Assembly: GCA_040217195.1 (NCBI GenBank)
Contig: JAVJNR010000003.1
Coordinates: 416,001-480,000 of the forward strand
Length of the DNA stretch: 64,000 nucleotides
Reading direction: 5' to 3'
DNA from: Leptospiraceae bacterium
GTDB taxonomy: Bacteria > Spirochaetota > Leptospiria > Leptospirales > Leptonemataceae
Positions 59,882-64,000 of the stretch are shown in pieces. Numbering within the stretch: the first letter of the stretch is position 1; each line of letters starts with the position of its first letter. Position numbers and translations under genes: made by a program. Below the pieces are notes generated by a model. It saw only the letters and a list, made by a program, of their open reading frames with translations, searched no databases and had not been told where the DNA came from.

Positions 59882-60512
59882 CTTCCATTGCCTTTCTAAA
59901 GGTCAATATTAGCCGGCGGATCTCTTCCGTATGCAATGCAAAAACGGAGCGATTCACAACCAGCATGGCCCTTGATTCCATAATCTGTTCAATCTCTGTC
60001 AATCCATTCGCACGCAGCGTAGTACCGGTGCTTACCAGGTCCACTATGCAATCGGAAAGACCTACAATGGGAGCAATTTCCACGGAACCATTTAGATGAA
60101 CGATTTCACAGCTTTTTCCCCGTTTAAAGAACCAGTCTTGAGTGAGCGATGGGTATTTGGTCGCTACTCGCAGATGGGAAGCAGTCTTGATTCTATCCAC
60201 ATCTTCGCTTCTAGCAGCCAGGGATAGTCTGCAATATCCGAATTCCAGCTCCAGAGGAATGGCCAGATCGTACTGCTTTTCTTCCATTACATCTCGACCG
60301 GTTACACCTGCATCCGCTCCTCCATGAAGTACACAGACAGGCACATCCTGGTTTCGAACCAGTAGTATGCGATACCGGCCGGTTGGATCAACAAAGCTAA
60401 GTTCTCTGGTTTCAGGAATCTGAAAATCGGCAAATCCGGAGCGACGGAAAAAATCCAGGCTTTCCTCGGACATTCGACCGGACGGAAGGGCTATGGTGAA
60501 CAGATTGCTCAT
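59856..60512 (-). CDS. hisG: ATP phosphoribosyltransferase, short form
   Basis: IALPSGR, VATKYP, GSVEIAP, IVDLVSTGTTLRANGL. Confidence 0.96.
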   Translation of the reverse strand: MSNLFTIALPSGRMSEESLDFFRRSGFADFQIPETRELSFVDPTGRYRILLVRNQDVPVCVLHGGADAGVTGRDVMEEKQYDLAIPLELEFGYCRLSLAARSEDVDRIKTASHLRVATKYPSLTQDWFFKRGKSCEIVHLNGSVEIAPIVGLSDCIVDLVSTGTTLRANGLTEIEQIMESRAMLVVNRSVFALHTEEIRRLILTFRKAMEDGRQAHTS

Positions 60513-61249
60513 CGAGCAATGAGAAAAGCCGCAGCAGCAGCACGGATATCCTGGATCTGATCCTGCTGCTCAATGGCCCAGAGATCTCCAAAAGCCTGGT
60601 CGGCCTGCTCGGTATTTCCCTGCTGAGTTAATACCCGTCCCTTTCCGAACAGGGCCAGGGCCTTCATGAAGGGATCGTCGCCACCGTAGGTCAGCATTTG
60701 ATCAAACTGGGAGGCGGATTTTTCGAATGACTCTGCCTTCTCATAGTATACTGCGGACTGATAGGAATAGAATGCTTTTAGCTCGGGCATTTCCATTTCC
60801 TCGGCCAGCAAAGCTGCGGTATCACCGGCTTTGTCGTATTCATCTGCCTGACGATAAAGATCCAGTTCATAGATCAGAGCTCTTCGCCGAGCGCTTTCCG
60901 TGGTATGCTTCTGCCGGTATTCATCTAGCAACCGGGCCCCGGGAGCAGTGCTTTCAATGTTCTCTCCCAGACGTGGATCGCCCACGAGCTCATCGAATGC
61001 TTCTCTGGCCTGACGCTCCTGGTTTTCCTGGTAAAAACGATAACTAATAGCAGAAATGAGCAAGATCACGGACAGACCAAGAACACCAAGCACAAGCTTG
61101 AGGTTGGTACGAACATGATAGAATACTTTATGCAGAAATAGCTCAACAGGCCCGCCTTCGAAATCCCTGAACGGATCGTAGTTGTTGCTAGTGGATTGTG
61201 CAGTTGTCTTGACTCTTCGATTACTCTTGCGCGTGGCTCCGCCTGCCAT
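60509..61249 (-). CDS. Membrane-anchored TPR protein (YfgM-like)
   Basis: Single TM followed by TPR helices. Confidence 0.7.
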   Translation of the reverse strand: MAGGATRKSNRRVKTTAQSTSNNYDPFRDFEGGPVELFLHKVFYHVRTNLKLVLGVLGLSVILLISAISYRFYQENQERQAREAFDELVGDPRLGENIESTAPGARLLDEYRQKHTTESARRRALIYELDLYRQADEYDKAGDTAALLAEEMEMPELKAFYSYQSAVYYEKAESFEKSASQFDQMLTYGGDDPFMKALALFGKGRVLTQQGNTEQADQAFGDLWAIEQQDQIQDIRAAAAAFLIAR

Positions 61250-61250
61250 A

Positions 61251-62948
61251 TTAGTTCTCCGGAAGTTTCTTAATCAGGGATCCCAGGGAGCTGGTGGAAG
61301 GAGCATCGTCCTTTTTCAGATACTGGTCTATGATTTCTCTTTGCTGCTTTCTTTCATAGTCCTTGATGGAAAGAGAGATCCTCTTTTCATCGGAATCAAT
61401 ACGAAGCAGCACTGTGTTCACCTGGTCGCCCGACTTATACAGATCGCTTAATTTCTGATCTGGCTTGAGAGGGATTCGGCTAATGTGCACCAGACCTTCA
61501 AATCCATCTCCAATATCTACAAAGATACCGAAGTCAGTAATGCTGGTGACTTTCCCTTCTATGATTGCATTTTTCTTATATCGATCTTTGAGCACCTCGT
61601 AAGGACTTGGAGTCAATTGCTTGATCCCACAGGATACGCGGCGTTCATTTTTGTTAATGTTCAGAATCTTGTATTGAACACTATCGCCCTTTTTGAGCAT
61701 TTTTCGATCCGGATGATCGGCCCAGGAATAATCATTAAAATGAATCAGACCTTCCACATCATCCAGAATCTTTACGAAGGCTCCAAACTTGGTAACGGAA
61801 GTCACTTCTCCTTCCCGTACATCCCCTTCTTTAACATCCACACCCAGAGTTTCCCAGGGATCTTTTTGCAGTTGCTTCAGGCCCAGACCTATTCGTTGCT
61901 TTTCCAGATCCACAGATAGAACCTGAGCTTCCACTTCCTGGCCTATTTCAAGATATCGTTTGGGATGACGTAGCTTTTTGGACCAGGAAAGCTCGCTAAC
62001 ATGAATCAGGCCTTCCAGGCCTTCGCGAATTTCGACGAAAGCACCGTAATCGGTAAGACTGGTAACCGTTCCCTTTACAATGGCTCCCTGAGTTAATTCG
62101 CGCTGCGCCCATTCCCAGGGATCCTCTGTAGTTTGCTTCAGCCCCAGGGAAAGTCGATGATTCTCCTGATCGATCTGCAGGATCTTAAGTTCTACTTCCT
62201 GGCCTATCTGGAAACGATCTTTGAAAGGTGCGAATTTCTTCCAGGAAATGTCGGATTGATGCAATAGACCTTCGATGCCATCAACGTTAACGAAAACTCC
62301 AAAGGAAACTTTGCGCGTAACCGCGCCCTTTACCATGTCCCCTTCTTTATGCTTCTGCTGGAATTCATTCCACAGTTCGTGGTTTACTTCTTCCAGGATA
62401 GCACGGCGACTCACTACAGCACTACGCTTCTTATCATTGACTTCAATAATCTTGAAATCAATCACAGTGCCTGGCTTGATCTTTCCTTTGGTACGGGCTT
62501 TTAGATCAGCCTGACTGCGGGGCATAAATAGACCAAGTCCGCCCATTCTTACAATGTATCCATGACCGGATGGGATTTCTTTTTCTACAAATCCTGAAAT
62601 TTTGGCACCAGATTCATGGGCCTCTACGACGCTGGACCAGGCTACCCGCCGGTCCGCTTCTAACTTGGAAACGAGTGTATTTCCTTCAGAACCAGCATCC
62701 GATTTTACAACTACCTGGAAAGTGGTTCCGGGAGCGGGGGGCTCATCAAATTCATTAACCGGGCATCGGCCATCCTGTTTCTGGCCAATGTCGAATAGAA
62801 CATCTCGGTCCGAGACCTCCAGCACCGTAGCATCCACAAGGTCGCCACGGCTCCACTGAGCCATATTCACAGACTCTTCTTCTTCTTTTAAGAAGTCCGC
62901 GAGATCTTTTTGCTCCTGTAGCAAGTCAAAGGGAGTAGAAGCCACCAT
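61251..62948 (-). CDS. rpsA: 30S ribosomal protein S1
   Basis: Six S1 repeats (e.g. YGAFVEI..GLEGLIHVSELSW); follows cmk. Confidence 0.97.
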   Translation of the reverse strand: MVASTPFDLLQEQKDLADFLKEEEESVNMAQWSRGDLVDATVLEVSDRDVLFDIGQKQDGRCPVNEFDEPPAPGTTFQVVVKSDAGSEGNTLVSKLEADRRVAWSSVVEAHESGAKISGFVEKEIPSGHGYIVRMGGLGLFMPRSQADLKARTKGKIKPGTVIDFKIIEVNDKKRSAVVSRRAILEEVNHELWNEFQQKHKEGDMVKGAVTRKVSFGVFVNVDGIEGLLHQSDISWKKFAPFKDRFQIGQEVELKILQIDQENHRLSLGLKQTTEDPWEWAQRELTQGAIVKGTVTSLTDYGAFVEIREGLEGLIHVSELSWSKKLRHPKRYLEIGQEVEAQVLSVDLEKQRIGLGLKQLQKDPWETLGVDVKEGDVREGEVTSVTKFGAFVKILDDVEGLIHFNDYSWADHPDRKMLKKGDSVQYKILNINKNERRVSCGIKQLTPSPYEVLKDRYKKNAIIEGKVTSITDFGIFVDIGDGFEGLVHISRIPLKPDQKLSDLYKSGDQVNTVLLRIDSDEKRISLSIKDYERKQQREIIDQYLKKDDAPSTSSLGSLIKKLPEN

Positions 62949-63008
62949 AAATGTTCCGTAATGTAGCAGGTCTATCTGGGGAGATGAAGATGGGCCACAA
63001 TCTTGAAT

Positions 63009-63695
63009 TTAGAATCTGAACTGGATGTGTGCCAGGATTCTCGATAAGACATCCTCCCGAGAAAGATCGGAAGTGTCAATAAGAATAGCGTCATCAGCCT
63101 TTCGCAAGGCTCCCACAGCCCGATTCCGGTCCTCTTCATCCCTCCTGGCAATATCCTGCTCGATTTCCGCAAGAGTCTGAGAGCTGTTACCCTGGCCAAG
63201 CATTTCTTCGTACCGTCGTTTCGCACGGACCTGCACAGAGGCTTCCAGAAAGAACTTACTGGTAGTGTCCGGAAACACTTCGGTTCCCATATCACGACCG
63301 TCTGCTACCAGGCCCGCCTGCTCTGCAAATTCCCGTAGCAACCGATTCACCGTATTTCTGTAAGGAACACTGTCTGCAATGTAGCGGATCCGGCCAGTGA
63401 CTTCAGGGCTTCGGATCTCAAGTCCCACATCCTTTCCCTGAATTCGGTTGGATTGTTTTCCATCCGCCACCACCACCTGGACTTCCAGAGTATCTGGATC
63501 GATGCCACTCTTCTGGAATTCTGCACCAAAGTCCTGAGGATTGGAGCCAGAACCCATGCGACGCATGTAAGCCAGAGTGAGTGTTCTATAGATTGCTCCA
63601 GAATCTGCATGCAGGAATCCAATCTTCTCAGCAAGCAGACCTGCTATGGTGCTTTTACCAGATCCGGCCGGACCATCCAGTGCAATTACCGTCAT
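63009..63695 (-). CDS. cmk: Cytidylate kinase
   Basis: IALDGPAGSGKST, DSGAIYR, DGRDMGTEVFP. Confidence 0.97.
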   Translation of the reverse strand: MTVIALDGPAGSGKSTIAGLLAEKIGFLHADSGAIYRTLTLAYMRRMGSGSNPQDFGAEFQKSGIDPDTLEVQVVVADGKQSNRIQGKDVGLEIRSPEVTGRIRYIADSVPYRNTVNRLLREFAEQAGLVADGRDMGTEVFPDTTSKFFLEASVQVRAKRRYEEMLGQGNSSQTLAEIEQDIARRDEEDRNRAVGALRKADDAILIDTSDLSREDVLSRILAHIQFRF

Positions 63696-64000
63696 GGCAC
63701 CATTGAGCCCGAGGCGGTCACTCTGGCAAGCCTGGAATTTATGGCAAGATTGCACTCGGAGGTAGGGCTCCTTGATTCATTCCCGGCCGTGCGGATGGGC
63801 CATACCGAAACCATCCCGGGAATCATAGAAAAATACCGGAGCGGGAAATGCAATCCGTTGGATGGAAGCAGAACCGGATGCAAAAATCTAGTTACCAGAA
63901 AAGAATCATGCGACTACAAAAGTACTCGCATGAAGCGTTTCGCATCCTGGTTTCAGGAGTCACTCATATCAACTTACCAGAGAGATGAATTTCTCGCGCT

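Noticed and set aside
59856..60512. Truncated hisG pseudogene
   Set aside because: Short-form HisG, which depends on HisZ, is a normal intact type
63692..64000. 63 aa ORF and hairpin CATGCGA/TCGCATG near the right edge
   Set aside because: The ORF is unsupported; the hairpin probably follows a gene outside the window and cannot be assigned
1..64000. tRNA, rRNA, CRISPR, transposase or prophage genes
   Set aside because: No cloverleaf, spaced direct-repeat array or mobile-element protein motifs seen

Overview
A gene-dense 64 kb chromosomal segment of roughly 50% GC (estimated by eye), most likely from a Leptospiraceae spirochaete. The evidence is spirochaete-type lipoboxes, the cmk-rpsA-TPR-hisG and trpS-comEC-rsmA gene orders, bactofilin/M23 next to rho, and multiple class III cyclases. 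It carries housekeeping genes (rpmE, rho, hemN, hemF, sua5, clsB, rsmA, comEC, trpS, hisG, rpsA, cmk) and a MoxR-DUF58-transglutaminase-like triad whose last gene runs off the left edge and is missing from the ORF track. It also has a DrrAB-type ABC exporter module and many orphan lipoproteins. I found no tRNA, rRNA, CRISPR array, transposase, integrase or phage genes. The most notable items are: (1) a single-chain [2Fe-2S]-adenylyl cyclase-FNR reductase fusion; (2) an FNR-type box between a near-leaderless hemN and a divergent structured candidate sRNA; (3) a soluble protein resembling only the MotA cytoplasmic domain, plus a FliG-C-like protein; (4) an exported-looking TPR protein ending in a SAM-methyltransferase-like domain; (5) an array of six unrelated lipoproteins; (6) a second structured intergenic RNA candidate and a structured rho leader. 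All family calls come from motif recognition by eye; no searches were run.
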